Numbered from the stretch's first letter, positions 1 through 14,278 are shown. The stretch is DNA of 64,000 bases from an uncultured Acidobacteriota bacterium (GCA_963700145.1 OY969474.1:2208001-2272000); one strand, 5' to 3'. Numbers and translations: made by a program. The notes: generated by a model not told the origin, from the letters alone.

Positions 1-247
1 TCTCTTCGCCGTCGCCGTCCTTCTTCTCCGCCGCCTTCTTCTCCGGCTCCGGCACCCGCTCGAGCCGCACGCTCCGCCCCTGCCACTGGAGCTCCACCGC
101 CCGCACGTCCTCCTCCTCGACGCGGAAGACCTTCTTCGCCAGCTCCGCGCGCTCGGTGCTCGACGGCAGCTCGCGCTCGTAGAACCAGATGAAGGCGCCG
201 AGCGAGGCGACGACGACGAGGAGCGCGAGGAGCGTGCGCGGCTTCAT
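1..247 (-). CDS. DUF4340-like membrane-anchored protein (partial, runs off window)
   Basis: ATG at 247; MKPRTLLALLVVVASLGAFIWFYERELPSS...; N-terminal TM; usual fourth gene of GldAFG-like operons. Confidence 0.7.
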   Translation of the reverse strand, partial: MKPRTLLALLVVVASLGAFIWFYERELPSSTERAELAKKVFRVEEEDVRAVELQWQGRSVRLERVPEPEKKAAEKKDGDGEE

Positions 248-256
248 GCGGGCGGC

Positions 257-1741
257 CTAGCGGCGGCGGCGCAGCGCGATCCAGATCCCGGTCGTCGCGG
301 CGAGGATCGGCAGCCCGAGGACGGCCAAGAGCACGACGCCGCGGAGCTGCGCGCCGGTCAGATTCAAGTGCACCTGCTCGGTCTTCTTGGGCGGGATGCC
401 CAGGAGCGCCTCGCGCTCGACCAGCCAGTTGAGGGCGTTGGTCAAGAGCACCGTGTTGCCGACGTTGGCCTGGAGGAGCTGGTTGGCGGCGAAGTCGGAG
501 TCGCCGAAGACGACGAGGCGCATCGTCTTCGCGCCGCCCGCAGTAGCGGCGGCCGCGGCGGCCTCGGCGCCGGCCGACTCGACCGCCACCCCGACCGGCA
601 CCGGCCCGGCGACGTCGGCCGCGTCCTTCGCCACCTGCTCGAGCGCCGCGAGGTTGGTCTCCCCCCAGCCGGCCTCGGTCGTCTCGAGGAGGTTGGTGAC
701 GGTGAAACCGGCGGCGGCCCCCTCCCCCACCGAGCGGGCGAGCGCGAAGAGCACCGGCAGGTTCCCCTCCGCCAGCGGGCGGACGATCGGCTGGTCGCCG
801 AAGCGGTTGGCGAAGAAGCTCTCGGCGCCGAAGAAGGGGAGCGTGTTGCCCGGATCGACGACGATGTCCTCCCCCACCTTCACCCCGAAGCCGGCGAGCC
901 AGGGGCCGAGGCCGGTGTCCACGAGGCCGGCACCGCCCAGCGTCGGGTCGAGGAGCACCAGCATGCGCCCGCCGCCGGCGAGGTAGCGGCCGAGGATGTC
1001 CAGCTCCGGCGGCACGAAGCTGCCGGTGGGGCCGGCGACGACCAGCAGGTCGGTTCCCGCCGGCACCGCCGGCTTGCCGAGCGGCGACCACTCCTCGATC
1101 TCGAAGTTGTCGCGGCCGAGGAGCTGCTGCGCCGTCGAGAGGCCGCGGGCGCCGACGTCGTCGAGGCGCGCCTCGCCGTGGCCGGTGGTGACCAGGACCT
1201 TCGGCTTCCGCCCCTCGGCGAGCTGGAGGACGGCGCTGGTCACCGCCTGCTCCCCCTTGAAGGCGCCGACCCGCGCCTCGCCCCCCATCTGCAGGGCCGA
1301 GAAGTCCATCTCCGCGAGCTCCGAGGCGTCGATCACCCGCTTGTCGCCGCCGCTCGCCACGACCACGCTGGCGCCGGTGATCTCGTACCTCTGGACCAGC
1401 TGCTGCGCCTCGACCGGGTTCTTCTCCGGGTCGATGACCCGCACGCGCACGCGGGGCGAGGCGGCTTCGTAGCGGCTGAGGAGCTCCCGCGTCGGCTCGT
1501 ACAGCTCGTCCTGGGGCGACAGGAACACCAGCACCTCGACGTCCTTGTCGAGGTCGGCGAGGACGTTCTTGCTCTTCTCCGACAGCGAGTAGAGCCGCGT
1601 CTCGGTCCAGTCGAAGCGCTTGTAGTACTTGCCGCCGAAGTAGTTGACGATGACGAGGAGGGCGGCGACGAGGAGCACGCCGGCGCCCAGGGTGCCGGTG
1701 CGCAGCAGGCCGCGGCGGGTCGACTCTTCCAGCCGGGCCAT
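257..1741 (-). CDS. GldG-family ABC transporter auxiliary component
   Basis: Start MARLEEST at 1741; N-terminal TM, RFDWTETRLYSLS, TTGHGE, VVFGDSDF motifs, C-terminal TM. Confidence 0.85.
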   Translation of the reverse strand: MARLEESTRRGLLRTGTLGAGVLLVAALLVIVNYFGGKYYKRFDWTETRLYSLSEKSKNVLADLDKDVEVLVFLSPQDELYEPTRELLSRYEAASPRVRVRVIDPEKNPVEAQQLVQRYEITGASVVVASGGDKRVIDASELAEMDFSALQMGGEARVGAFKGEQAVTSAVLQLAEGRKPKVLVTTGHGEARLDDVGARGLSTAQQLLGRDNFEIEEWSPLGKPAVPAGTDLLVVAGPTGSFVPPELDILGRYLAGGGRMLVLLDPTLGGAGLVDTGLGPWLAGFGVKVGEDIVVDPGNTLPFFGAESFFANRFGDQPIVRPLAEGNLPVLFALARSVGEGAAAGFTVTNLLETTEAGWGETNLAALEQVAKDAADVAGPVPVGVAVESAGAEAAAAAATAGGAKTMRLVVFGDSDFAANQLLQANVGNTVLLTNALNWLVEREALLGIPPKKTEQVHLNLTGAQLRGVVLLAVLGLPILAATTGIWIALRRRR

Positions 1742-1743
1742 GC

Positions 1744-2480
1744 CTACCTCCACTTCCGCGCTTCGAGGGCGCGGCTGGTCAGGAAGAGGAAGAAGAGGGT
1801 GGCCGACAGGTAGTAGATCAGCCGCCGGCTGTCGACGACGCCGCGCGCGAACTCGTCCATGTGGCTCCAGAGGTTCAAGTAGCCGAAGACCGTCTTGGCG
1901 GTCTCGCCGCTCAGCAGGTTCTCGAGCAGGCCGAAGCTGAAGAGCAGGATGAGGAGCGCGAAGGTGACGATCGCCGCCACGAGCTGGCTCCTGGTCATCG
2001 CCGAGGCGAACAGCCCGACCGCCAGGAAGAGCGCGCCGATCCCCAGGATCCCCAGGTAGCCGGCGGCGACCGGCCCCCAGTCCACCTCGCTGTGGTAGGC
2101 GATGATCCCGGCGTAGGCCAGGGTCGGAAGCCAGAGGAAGAGGTAGAAGGTGAGGGCCGCCAGGTACTTGCCAGCCACCACCTCGCCTTCGGTGACCGGC
2201 GCCGTCATCAGCACCTCGATCGAGCCGCTGCGCAGCTCCTCGGAAAGCAGGCGCATGGTCAGCACCGGCCCCAGGAAGAGGAGCGTCAGCCAGAAGAAGA
2301 GGGTGCCGCCGAAGAAGAGCTCGAGCGGCGGGCCGCCCGGGGCGCGCGGGTCGTTCAGGAACGAGACGATCATCGCGAAGATGAAGCCGTTGATGAGCAG
2401 GAAGAAGAAGAGGACCACCCACGCGAGCGGCGAGAAGAAGTAGGCCCGCAGCTCGCGCAGGTAGGTCGCCAGGACCGCCC

Positions 2481-2484
<4 letters not shown>
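1744..2484 (-). CDS. ABC-2 / GldF-like permease
   Basis: RELRAYFFSPLAW, TMRLLSEELRSGSIEVLMTAP; about 6 TM helices. Confidence 0.9.
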
Positions 2485-3491
<1,007 letters not shown>

Positions 3492-3617
3492 CGGGCTCCC
3501 CTAGAAAAACGGCTCTCGCGCAGTCGCAAGAGCGGCGAAGTTATACCCGGCCCGGGGCCGGGAGAGCAAACCCGGGAGTTTCTTGCTGCGGCCCGCTCGA
3601 TGATCTAGGATCGTGAC

Positions 3618-3848
3618 ATGTCACGGAAGCCTGCCCCTTCCTCACCGCTTCCCGATCGCACCCGCGCCAGAAGCTACCGGGAACGCATGCGCGCCGCGGG
3701 GCTGCGTCAGGTTCAGGTGTGGGTCCCGGATACGAAGGCCCCTTCCTTCGCCAAGAAACTGCGCCGCCAGATCGCCCTGCTCCAAGGGAAGCCCGAGGAG
3801 CGCGAAGCGCTCGATTTCATCGAGGCCGTTCAGGACTCGGCTGATTGA
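3618..3848 (+). CDS. Antitoxin, MazE-like (DUF3018 type)
   Basis: YRERMRAAGLRQVQVWVPD motif; overlaps the downstream PemK/MazF toxin. Confidence 0.8.
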   Translation: MSRKPAPSSPLPDRTRARSYRERMRAAGLRQVQVWVPDTKAPSFAKKLRRQIALLQGKPEEREALDFIEAVQDSAD

Positions 3849-4180
3849 GGCTCCGCCGCGGCGACATCGTCACGGTGGCCGCACCGGGCGACTACGGCAA
3901 GCCGCGTCCCGCCGTCGTGATCCAAACAGACGCGCTGAACGAAGCGGAAAGTGAAGGCGTGGTGCTGGCGCTGATGACGGGCACGCTACGCGCCGCCCCG
4001 CTTCTGCGCCTGACCGTGGAACCGCTGCCAGAGACCGGACTGAGCAAGCCCACGCAAGTCATGGTCGACAAACTGACCACCGTCCGGCTGGAGAGGATCG
4101 GCAACGTCATCGGCCGTCTGCCTGAGCGAGACTTGGTGGCGCTCAACCGCCTCCTCGCGTTCGTGATCGGGCTCACCTGA
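3845..4180 (+). CDS. PemK/MazF family toxin
   Basis: RRGDIVTV...GDYGKPRPAVVIQ, QVMVDKLTTV. Confidence 0.9.
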   Translation: MRLRRGDIVTVAAPGDYGKPRPAVVIQTDALNEAESEGVVLALMTGTLRAAPLLRLTVEPLPETGLSKPTQVMVDKLTTVRLERIGNVIGRLPERDLVALNRLLAFVIGLT

Positions 4181-4194
4181 GCTTGCCGTCCCTG

Positions 4195-4672
4195 CCGCGC
4201 GGGGCGGATAGTGCCGCGTGAGATGCCGGGCCACCCGGCCCGCGAAGAGGCGCGCCCGCTGCGCGGGTCCTGGTTGGGACGGGCGGTGGCTGGTTAGCGG
4301 ATGGGGGCTTCGGCGCTAACGCACGGTGGCCCCTTCACCCGAACGCGCCGCTTCGCGGGCCTCTGGCCCGGCACATCACGCGGCGCCATGACTCGAATCT
4401 CTGAAGTAACGTCGCCCCACCCGGATGCCTCGCTGCGCTCGGCAAGAGCACCGCAGTGGCTCCACCAGCGGTGCTAGGGCCCGCAGGTCTCCGGAGCGCC
4501 GGGCGCTCCGTCCGCTCCCCCTCGCAGGCCACCGTGCGAGGCGACGAAGGAAAGACCGTGTTTGCCGGCAACGCCCCTCTGTACCAGCACGCGCAGCGCG
4601 GACACCAAGGAGCGCCCGGCGCGGAGGAGAGCCTGCGGGACCCCACACCGGAACGGCCGCAGCAAGCCTCTT
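4195..4672. repeat. ~480-bp dispersed structured repeat, copy 1
   Basis: Co-linear with 9016-9510; two long imperfect hairpins (4213-4384 and ~4480-4639). Confidence 0.9.
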
Positions 4673-4696
4673 GGGCGGGGGCTGTATGCTCCCGCC

Positions 4697-4999
4697 ATGG
4701 CGGAGAAGGACAAGGCATCGGGGATGAAGTCGGCCTACGAGCTGGCGCTCGAGCGGATGGAGAGCCAGGGGATCGAGCGGCCGCGCGAGGAGGCGCTGTC
4801 GGAGGACGTGCGGGCGCGGATGGGGGAAGCGCGGCGGCAGGCCGAGGCCAAGCTCGCGGAGCTCGAGATCCTGCACCAGAACCGCCTCAAGACCGTCTGG
4901 GAACCGGACAAGCGGCAGGAGGCGGAGGAGGAGTACGTGCGCGAGCGGCGGCGGATCGAGGCCGAGCGCGACAAGAAGATCGAGAAGCTCAGGAAGTAG
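4697..4999 (+). CDS. Hypothetical coiled-coil protein (100 aa)
   Basis: MAEKDKASGMKSAYELALERM...; charged helical protein, high-GC3 codon usage. Confidence 0.75.
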   Translation: MAEKDKASGMKSAYELALERMESQGIERPREEALSEDVRARMGEARRQAEAKLAELEILHQNRLKTVWEPDKRQEAEEEYVRERRRIEAERDKKIEKLRK

Positions 5000-6971
5000 C
5001 CGCCTCCGCCCCGCGCTCCAGCACGCCGAAGGCGCTCTCCACCTCGGCGTGGCTCCCCACCAGCACCAGGACGTCCCCCGGCTCCAGCACCACCTCGGCG
5101 GGCGGGTTGGTCTGCGACCGCTCGCCGCGCACCACGGCGATGACCGTCGCGCCGCTCCGCCGCCGCAGGTCGAGGTCGAGGAGCGACTTCCCCGCCGCCG
5201 CGCTCGTCGCCGTCACCCGGAAGAGGTCGGTCGTCCCCGCGGCCAGCAGCTCCAGGACCGCCTGCGAGACGTCGCCGGCGGCGCTCGGAGAGCGCAGCAT
5301 GGCGTAGCGCTCGCCGCGCAGCGCCCGGGTCTCGGCGCGGATGACGTTGGCCGGCACGTGGTAGCGCGCCAGGACGCGGGTGAAGATCTCGATCGAGGTC
5401 TCGAACTCCTCGGCGATCACCTCGTCGGCGCCGGCGCGGTGGAGGGCGTCGATCTCGGAGACCATCCGGGTGCGCACGATGATGTGGACCGCCGGGGAGA
5501 GCTGGCGGGCGAGGGTCACGGCGCGCAGCACGGCGAGGAGGTCGGAGATGGCGAAGACCACGACGCTCGCCCGCTCGACGCCGGCGCGCTCCAGGATGTC
5601 GCGGCGGGTGGCGTCGCCGAAGAGGACCGGATCGCCCGCCGCCCGCGCCCGCCGCAGCCCTTCGGCGGCGAGCTCCAGCACGACGAACGGGATCCCCGCG
5701 GCGCGCAGGACGCGCGCCAGGTTGCGGCCGGAGAGGCCGTAACCGACGACGACGACGTGCCCGCTCGGGCCGTCGGGCGCCAGGCCCTCGCCCGCCGCGG
5801 CCGTCCCGCGCCCGCGGCCCCACGCCGCCCAGCGCGGCGCCAGCGCGATCAGCACCGGCGTCGCCACCATGGTCAGGATCGAGGCGGCGATGAAGGTCTG
5901 GTAGACGCCGGGGTCGACCAGGCCGTGCTCCTGCCCGACGCGCAGCAGCACGAAGGAGAACTCCCCCACCTGCGCCAGCGCCGCGGCCACGAGGACGACG
6001 ATCCGCCAGGCGTAGCCGAGGAGCGCCACCGCCGCCCCGGTCGCCACCGCCTTGAGCGCCAGGACCGCCGCCGCGATCCCCAGCACCTGCCAGGGGTGGG
6101 ACAGAGCGTAGCCGAGGTCGAGCAGCATGCCGATCGAGATGAAGAAGAGGCTGTTGAAGACGTCGCGGAAGGGGACGATCTCGGCCTCGACCTGCGGGCT
6201 GTAGTGCGACTCCGAGATGATGATGCCGGCGATGAAGGCGCCGAGGGCGAGCGAGAACTCCAGCCGCTCGGTCAGGAGCGCGAAGCCCAGGCAGGCGAAG
6301 AGGGCGCCGAGCACCAGGACCTCGCGGATGCCGGTACGCACCATGACCTCGAGGAGGCGCGGCATGAGATACCGCGCCACCCAGAAGACGGCGCCGACGG
6401 CGAGGAGCGCCAGGGTGAAGCGGAGGGCGATCGCCGCCGGCGAGGCCTGCACCGAGCCGGCCAGGATCGGCGTCAGCACGATCATCGGCACCAGCAGGAA
6501 GTCCTGGAAGAGGAGGATGCCGAGCACCAGCTTCCCCTGCGGCGCGTCGAGCTCCCGCCGCTCGGCGTAAAGCTTCAGGACGATCGCCGTGCTGCTGAGC
6601 GCCGCGAGGAAGCCGAGGAAGAGGGCGCGCGGCGGGCCGGTGCCGGCGAGGACGGCGATCAGGGTGACGGCGCCGATGGTCAAGAACGACTGCAGCGAGC
6701 CGCCGAGGAAGAAGGCGCGGCGGATCTGGCGCAGGCGGTCGAGCGAGAACTCGAGGCCGACGGCGAAGAGGAGGAAGATGACGCCGATCTCGGCGAAGAG
6801 CTCGACGCGGCGCAGGTCGGAGACCAGCGCGAGCCCCGAAGGGCCGATGAGGACGCCGGTCAGCAGGAAGCCGACGACCGGCGGGATGCGCAGGCGGTGG
6901 CTCGCCAGCAGGACGGCGACGGCCGCCCCGAGGATGGCGACCGCCTCCTGCAGGAACTCGTGGACTTCCAC
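4989..6971 (-). CDS. CPA2 cation:proton antiporter (KefB/KefC-like) with TrkA-N and TrkA-C domains
   Basis: AEIGVIFLLFAVGLEFS, LSSTAIV, LLFQD; Rossmann VVGYG; C-terminal TrkA-C. Confidence 0.92.
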   Translation of the reverse strand: MEVHEFLQEAVAILGAAVAVLLASHRLRIPPVVGFLLTGVLIGPSGLALVSDLRRVELFAEIGVIFLLFAVGLEFSLDRLRQIRRAFFLGGSLQSFLTIGAVTLIAVLAGTGPPRALFLGFLAALSSTAIVLKLYAERRELDAPQGKLVLGILLFQDFLLVPMIVLTPILAGSVQASPAAIALRFTLALLAVGAVFWVARYLMPRLLEVMVRTGIREVLVLGALFACLGFALLTERLEFSLALGAFIAGIIISESHYSPQVEAEIVPFRDVFNSLFFISIGMLLDLGYALSHPWQVLGIAAAVLALKAVATGAAVALLGYAWRIVVLVAAALAQVGEFSFVLLRVGQEHGLVDPGVYQTFIAASILTMVATPVLIALAPRWAAWGRGRGTAAAGEGLAPDGPSGHVVVVGYGLSGRNLARVLRAAGIPFVVLELAAEGLRRARAAGDPVLFGDATRRDILERAGVERASVVVFAISDLLAVLRAVTLARQLSPAVHIIVRTRMVSEIDALHRAGADEVIAEEFETSIEIFTRVLARYHVPANVIRAETRALRGERYAMLRSPSAAGDVSQAVLELLAAGTTDLFRVTATSAAAGKSLLDLDLRRRSGATVIAVVRGERSQTNPPAEVVLEPGDVLVLVGSHAEVESAFGVLERGAEAATS

Positions 6972-6980
6972 CCGGGCCGC

Positions 6981-7346
6981 CTAGTAGGGCATCTCGTCTT
7001 CGTCGAGCCCGAAGTGGTGCCCCAGCTCGTGGATGACGGTGTCGCGCACCTCGCGGATCACCTCGCGGCGGGAGGTGCAGGCGCGCAGGATCGGACCGCG
7101 GTAGATGGCGATGCGGTCGGGGAGGGCGGAGTATGCGGTGTCGCGCTCGGCGAGCGAGACGCCCTGGTAGAGGCCGAAGAGCTCCTCCTCGTCGGGGTCG
7201 AGCCCCATCGCCTCGAGGTCCTCCGGGTCGACCTCCTCCTCGACGACGACGGCGACGTTCTCGAGCAGCTCGGCGAACTCCTCCGGCAGGCCGTCGATGG
7301 CCTTCGCCACCAGCTCCTCGAACTCCTCGGGCGGCACCCGCATCAT
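6981..7346 (-). CDS. Zincin-like metallopeptidase family protein
   Basis: Start MMRVPPEEF; LFGLYQG, PDRIAIYRGPI, HELGHHFG (HExxH). Confidence 0.88.
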   Translation of the reverse strand: MMRVPPEEFEELVAKAIDGLPEEFAELLENVAVVVEEEVDPEDLEAMGLDPDEEELFGLYQGVSLAERDTAYSALPDRIAIYRGPILRACTSRREVIREVRDTVIHELGHHFGLDEDEMPY

Positions 7347-7351
7347 CGCGG

Positions 7352-8983
7352 TCAGTCGCCGCCCGTCTCGCGGTGCTCGCCGAACACCCGCCGCAGGCCG
7401 TCGGCGATCTCGCCTAACGTCACCTCGGCGCGCACGCAGTCGAGGATCGGCGGCAGGAGGTTCGCGTCCTCGCCGGCCGCGCGCTCGAGGGCCGCCACGG
7501 TCGCCGCCGCGCGGGCGCCGTCGCGCCGCGCGCGCAGGGCGACGAGGCGCGCCACCTGCTCGCGTTCCATCGCCGGGTCGACCACCAGCATCTCCGCCGG
7601 CGCCCCGTCGTCCTCGGTGAAGTCGTTGACGCCGACGACCTTGGCGCGCCCCTCCTCGACCGCGAGCTGGTGGGCGTAGGCCGCGTCGGCGATCTCGCGC
7701 TGCGGGAAGCCGCGCTCGAGGGCGGCGAGCGCGCCGCCCATCTCGTCGATCCGCCGGATGTAGTCGCGGGCGCGGGCGGCGATCTCGTCGGTCCAGGCCT
7801 CGATCACCCAGCTGCCGCCGAGCGGGTCGGCGGTCTGCGCGACGCCGCTCTCGTGGGCGATCACCTGCTGGGTGCGCAGGGCGAGGCGCGCCGCCCCCTC
7901 GGTGGGCAGCCCCAGCGCCTCGTCGAGGGCGTTGGTGTGGAGCGACTGGGTGCCGCCACAGACCGCGGCGAGCGCCTGGATCGCCACCCGCACGACGTTG
8001 TTCTGCGGCTGTTGCGCGGTCAGGGTCGAGCCGGCCGTCTGGGTGTGGAAGCGGAGCCAGCAGGAGCGCGGGTCCTTGGGGGCGAAGCGCTCGCGCACCA
8101 GCTCGGCCCACAGCCGCCGGGCGGCGCGGAACTTCGCCACCTCCTCGAGGAAGTTGTTGTGGGCGTTGAAGAAGAAGGAGACGCGCGGAGCGAAGGCGTC
8201 GATGTCGAGGCCGCGGGCGAGCGCCGCCTCGACGTAGGCCAGGCCGTGCGCCAGGGTGAAGGCGACCTCTTGGGCCGCGGTCGAGCCGGCCTCGCGCATG
8301 TGGTAGCCGGAGACCGAGATCGGGTTCCAGCGCGGCACGCGCTCGGCGCTGAAGGCGATCAGGTCGGTGACCAGCTTGAGCGACGGCCCCGGCGGGTAGA
8401 TGTAGGTGCCGCGCGCGACGAACTCCTTGAAGATGTCGTTCTGCACCGTGCCGCCGACCTTCTCCCAGGGCACGCCCTGCTCCTCGGCGACGACGAGGTA
8501 GAGGCCGAGGAGGATGGAGGCGGTGGCGTTGATGGTCATCGAGGTGGTGACGCGGTCGAGGGGGATGCCGTCGAAGAGGCGCCGCATGTCGTCGATCGAG
8601 TCGATCGCCACACCGACGCGGCCGACCTCGCCCTTCGCCAGCGGGTGGTCGGAGTCGTAGCCGATCTGGGTCGGCAGGTCGAAGGCGACGGAGAGGCCGG
8701 TGGTGCCCTGCGCCAGGAGGTAGCGGTAGCGGCGGTTGGACTCGGCGGCGTCGGCGTAGCCGGCGTACTGGCGCATGGTCCAGGGGCGCCGGCGGTACAT
8801 CTCCGGATGGATGCCGCGCGTGTAGGGGAAGCGGCCGGGGTCGGCGATCTCCGTGTCGTAGTCGATGCCGGCGACGTCGGCCGGGCGGTAGGTGGGTTGG
8901 ATCGGGATGCCGGAGGTGGTCGAGAGGTCGGCTGTCGATTCCGGCGCGGTGGGCGCCGTGGCCGGCTTCGTCTCCGCAGCCAT
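7352..8983 (-). CDS. Methylmalonyl-CoA mutase, large (N-terminal) subunit
   Basis: [36 protein letters not shown]; no B12-binding domain (split form). Confidence 0.93.
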   Translation of the reverse strand: MAAETKPATAPTAPESTADLSTTSGIPIQPTYRPADVAGIDYDTEIADPGRFPYTRGIHPEMYRRRPWTMRQYAGYADAAESNRRYRYLLAQGTTGLSVAFDLPTQIGYDSDHPLAKGEVGRVGVAIDSIDDMRRLFDGIPLDRVTTSMTINATASILLGLYLVVAEEQGVPWEKVGGTVQNDIFKEFVARGTYIYPPGPSLKLVTDLIAFSAERVPRWNPISVSGYHMREAGSTAAQEVAFTLAHGLAYVEAALARGLDIDAFAPRVSFFFNAHNNFLEEVAKFRAARRLWAELVRERFAPKDPRSCWLRFHTQTAGSTLTAQQPQNNVVRVAIQALAAVCGGTQSLHTNALDEALGLPTEGAARLALRTQQVIAHESGVAQTADPLGGSWVIEAWTDEIAARARDYIRRIDEMGGALAALERGFPQREIADAAYAHQLAVEEGRAKVVGVNDFTEDDGAPAEMLVVDPAMEREQVARLVALRARRDGARAAATVAALERAAGEDANLLPPILDCVRAEVTLGEIADGLRRVFGEHRETGGD

Positions 8984-9015
8984 GTTGGCATTATAAGAGT
9001 CCCCCACCCTCCCTC

Positions 9016-9510
9016 CCGCGCGGGGCGGATAGTGCCGCGTGAGATGCCGCGCCACCGGCCCGCGAAGAGGCGCGCCCGCTGCGCGGGTCCTGGTTGAGGG
9101 GGATAGTGGCTGGGTTAGCGGGCGCCGGCTTCGGCGCTAACGCATGGTGGCCCCTTCACCCGAACGCGCCGCTTCGCGGGCCTCTGGCCCGGCACATCAC
9201 GCGGCGCCATGACTCGAACCTCTGAAGTGACGTCCTGCTGAGGAAACACCCTCTCCTGTCATCCTGAGCGAGAGCTCGGGATGACATGGGCAGGGGCTCC
9301 ACCGGCGGTTCTAGGGCCCGCAGGTCTCTGGAGCGCCGGGCGCTCCGTCCGCTCCCCCATGGCAGGCCACCGTGCGAGGCGGCGAAGGCACGAGCGTGCT
9401 TGCCAGCAAGAGCGGTCTGTACCAGCACGCGAAGCGCGGACACCAAGGAGCGCCCGGCGCGGAGGAGAGCCTGCGGGACCCCACACCGGAACGGCCGCAG
9501 CAAGCCTCTT
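9016..9510. repeat. ~490-bp dispersed structured repeat, copy 2
   Basis: Same orientation as 4195-4672; conserved stems, divergent loops; central TGTCATCCTGAGC...GCTCGGGATGACA palindrome at 9257-9286. Confidence 0.9.
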
Positions 9511-9533
9511 TTTCTTGGGGTTGCGCCAGCCGC

Positions 9534-12359
<2,826 letters not shown>

Positions 12360-12448
12360 GGGTCACGCGCCTCCAAGTCTTGATCAGGACAGGGGATTTT
12401 TCCGGGTGTCAAGCGTAGCGCCGCGCGCGGCCGGGGTCAAGGCCGAAA

Positions 12449-12464
12449 CCACAAGATGTAGCGG
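12449..12464. promoter_or_regulatory. NrdR box 1
   Basis: CCACAAGATGTAGCGG matches acaCwAtATaTwGtgt, upstream of nrdJ. Confidence 0.8.
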
Positions 12465-12480
12465 TGACCCCAGTCATCGC

Positions 12481-12496
12481 TCACTATATGTGGTTT
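12481..12496. promoter_or_regulatory. NrdR box 2
   Basis: TCACTATATGTGGTTT, 32 bp from box 1 (typical tandem spacing). Confidence 0.8.
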
Positions 12497-12611
12497 TCCT
12501 TCTTACAGCTCCACACGTTCTCCACACCATTTCCGCGGACGGATTTACAGCCCCCCCGGGACCGCCCGCGTTGCAACGACGACACGGAGCCGTCACGACA
12601 TTGCCGGCCGG

Positions 12612-13655
12612 CTACTGCTTCGCGGGCTTGGCGGCGAGCGGCGAAAACGCCATGCCGTCGGGCTCCTTGCCGGCGGCGAAGGTGGCCGTGACCTTCCAGG
12701 TCGCGAGGTCGAGGACGGCGATCTTGTCGGCGTTGGCGTGGGCGACGTAGGCGTGGCGGCCGTCGGGATCGACGACGATGCCGATCGGCACCGAGCTCGT
12801 GCCGAAGGCGCCGAGGAGGCGCCCTTCGGCGGCGACGGCCCGCAGGCCGAAGTCGACGCGGCGCTCGAGCTTGCGGTCGGCGGTCGAGACGACCGCCAGG
12901 TCCCCCGTCCGCGCGGCGCTCACCAGCACGCGCTTGCCGTCCGGCGTCGCCTTGGCGCGGATCGGGAACCCCGGCACCTCGACGGCGGCGACCACCGCGA
13001 GCGTCGCGGCGTCGACCACCGTCACCGTCCCCGCCTCCCGGTTCGTCACCCACACCCAGCGCCCGTCCGGCGAGACCTCGACCCCCTCCGCCCCCTCCCC
13101 GGTCTTCACGTCCGCCAGCTTCTTGCCGGCCGCGAGGTCGATGGCCGTCACCGTCCCCGAGCCGATGTTGGCGACGAAGGCGCGGTTGCCGCCGGGCTGG
13201 ACCGCCACCATGTGCGAGACCTCCTGGCCGGTCGCGATCTCGCGCTCGACCGTCCCCGCCTTCACGTCCACCACCAGCAGCGCTCCGCTCGCCTCCGCCG
13301 TCACCAGCGCCCGCCGGCCGTCCAGCCAGGCAAGGCCGTGCGGCCGCCGCGGGGCGCCGAGATCGATCGTCTTCTCGACCTTGGCGGCGGCGACGTCGAT
13401 CACCGTCAGCGTCCGCCCCGGGCGCGGGCCGGTGCCGTAGTCGGCGACGAGCGCGGTGCGGCCGTCCGGCGAGACCGCCAGCTCGTGCGGCCCTTCGCCG
13501 GTCGGGAGCGTCGCGACGACCTTGCCGGACGGCAGGTCGATCAGCGAGACCGTGGCCTCGGCCTTGTTGCCGACGAGGAGCGTCGCGGCATGGGCGGGCA
13601 GGGAAAGGAGGAGCGCGGCGGCGAGCGCCGCGGCGGCACGGGCGGCTGGTGTCAT
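12612..13655 (-). CDS. Secreted YVTN/YncE-type beta-propeller protein
   Basis: Signal peptide MTPAARAAA...AHA; repeated GPHELAVSPDG, GAEGVEVSPDGRWVWVTN, PDGMAFS. Confidence 0.85.
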   Translation of the reverse strand: MTPAARAAAALAAALLLSLPAHAATLLVGNKAEATVSLIDLPSGKVVATLPTGEGPHELAVSPDGRTALVADYGTGPRPGRTLTVIDVAAAKVEKTIDLGAPRRPHGLAWLDGRRALVTAEASGALLVVDVKAGTVEREIATGQEVSHMVAVQPGGNRAFVANIGSGTVTAIDLAAGKKLADVKTGEGAEGVEVSPDGRWVWVTNREAGTVTVVDAATLAVVAAVEVPGFPIRAKATPDGKRVLVSAARTGDLAVVSTADRKLERRVDFGLRAVAAEGRLLGAFGTSSVPIGIVVDPDGRHAYVAHANADKIAVLDLATWKVTATFAAGKEPDGMAFSPLAAKPAKQ

Positions 13656-13742
13656 GGGCGCAACTCTAAGGGAATAGGCCGGCACCCGCCGGGGTTGCCC
13701 TGGGCGCCGCTCCCTCGTTCTAAGATCCGCGCGGCCTCGAGG

Positions 13743-14273
13743 ATGCCCATGACCTTCCGTCCGACCCGCCCGTCCCGCACCGCCGCGCTGGCCCTGGCGC
13801 TCGCCACGACCCTCTTCTTCGGCTGCGGCGGCGGCGCCTCGGCGGGCTCGCCGGGGAAGGTCGGCTCCGCCGTCCCCAAGCTCGCCTTCCGCACCCTGGA
13901 CGGCAAGCCCTTCTCCTTCGACGACCACAAGGGCCAAGTCGTGCTGGTCGACTTCTGGGCCACCTGGTGCACACCCTGCCACCTGCAGACCCGCATCCTC
14001 GAGCCGATCCACCGCGACTACACGGCGAAGGGGGTGAAGTTCTTCTCGGTCGACCTCGGCGAGTCGCCCGAGGCGGTCAAGAAGTTCCTCGCCAAGCACC
14101 CGCTCCCCTACCCGACTCTCCTCGACCCCCAGGACTCCGCCGCCGAGCGCCTGGAGGTCTACGCCCTGCCGACGGTGATGGTCCTCGACAAGAAGGGCAA
14201 GATCGCCTTCCTGCAGAACAGCCTCGTCGACGGGCCCACGCTCCGGCGCATTCTTCAGAAGGCCGGCGCCTAG
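13743..14273 (+). CDS. TlpA-family thiol-disulfide oxidoreductase lipoprotein
   Basis: Lipobox FFGC; VLVDFWATWCTPC; LPT. Confidence 0.9.
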   Translation: MPMTFRPTRPSRTAALALALATTLFFGCGGGASAGSPGKVGSAVPKLAFRTLDGKPFSFDDHKGQVVLVDFWATWCTPCHLQTRILEPIHRDYTAKGVKFFSVDLGESPEAVKKFLAKHPLPYPTLLDPQDSAAERLEVYALPTVMVLDKKGKIAFLQNSLVDGPTLRRILQKAGA

Positions 14274-14278
14274 CCGCT

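Noticed and set aside
4335-4718. ORFs ending LQRFESWRRVMCRARGPRSGAFG in both repeat copies, and [13 protein letters not shown] starts
   Set aside because: Reading frames are not preserved between the copies across the variable linker; these are by-products of the DNA repeat.
9016-9510. Cobalamin riboswitch between two B12-dependent genes (GAGACCTGC on minus strand)
   Set aside because: The AGGGAA and GCCACTG/GGGAAG core elements are missing, the motif is part of a long stem, and the same element recurs beside unrelated genes.
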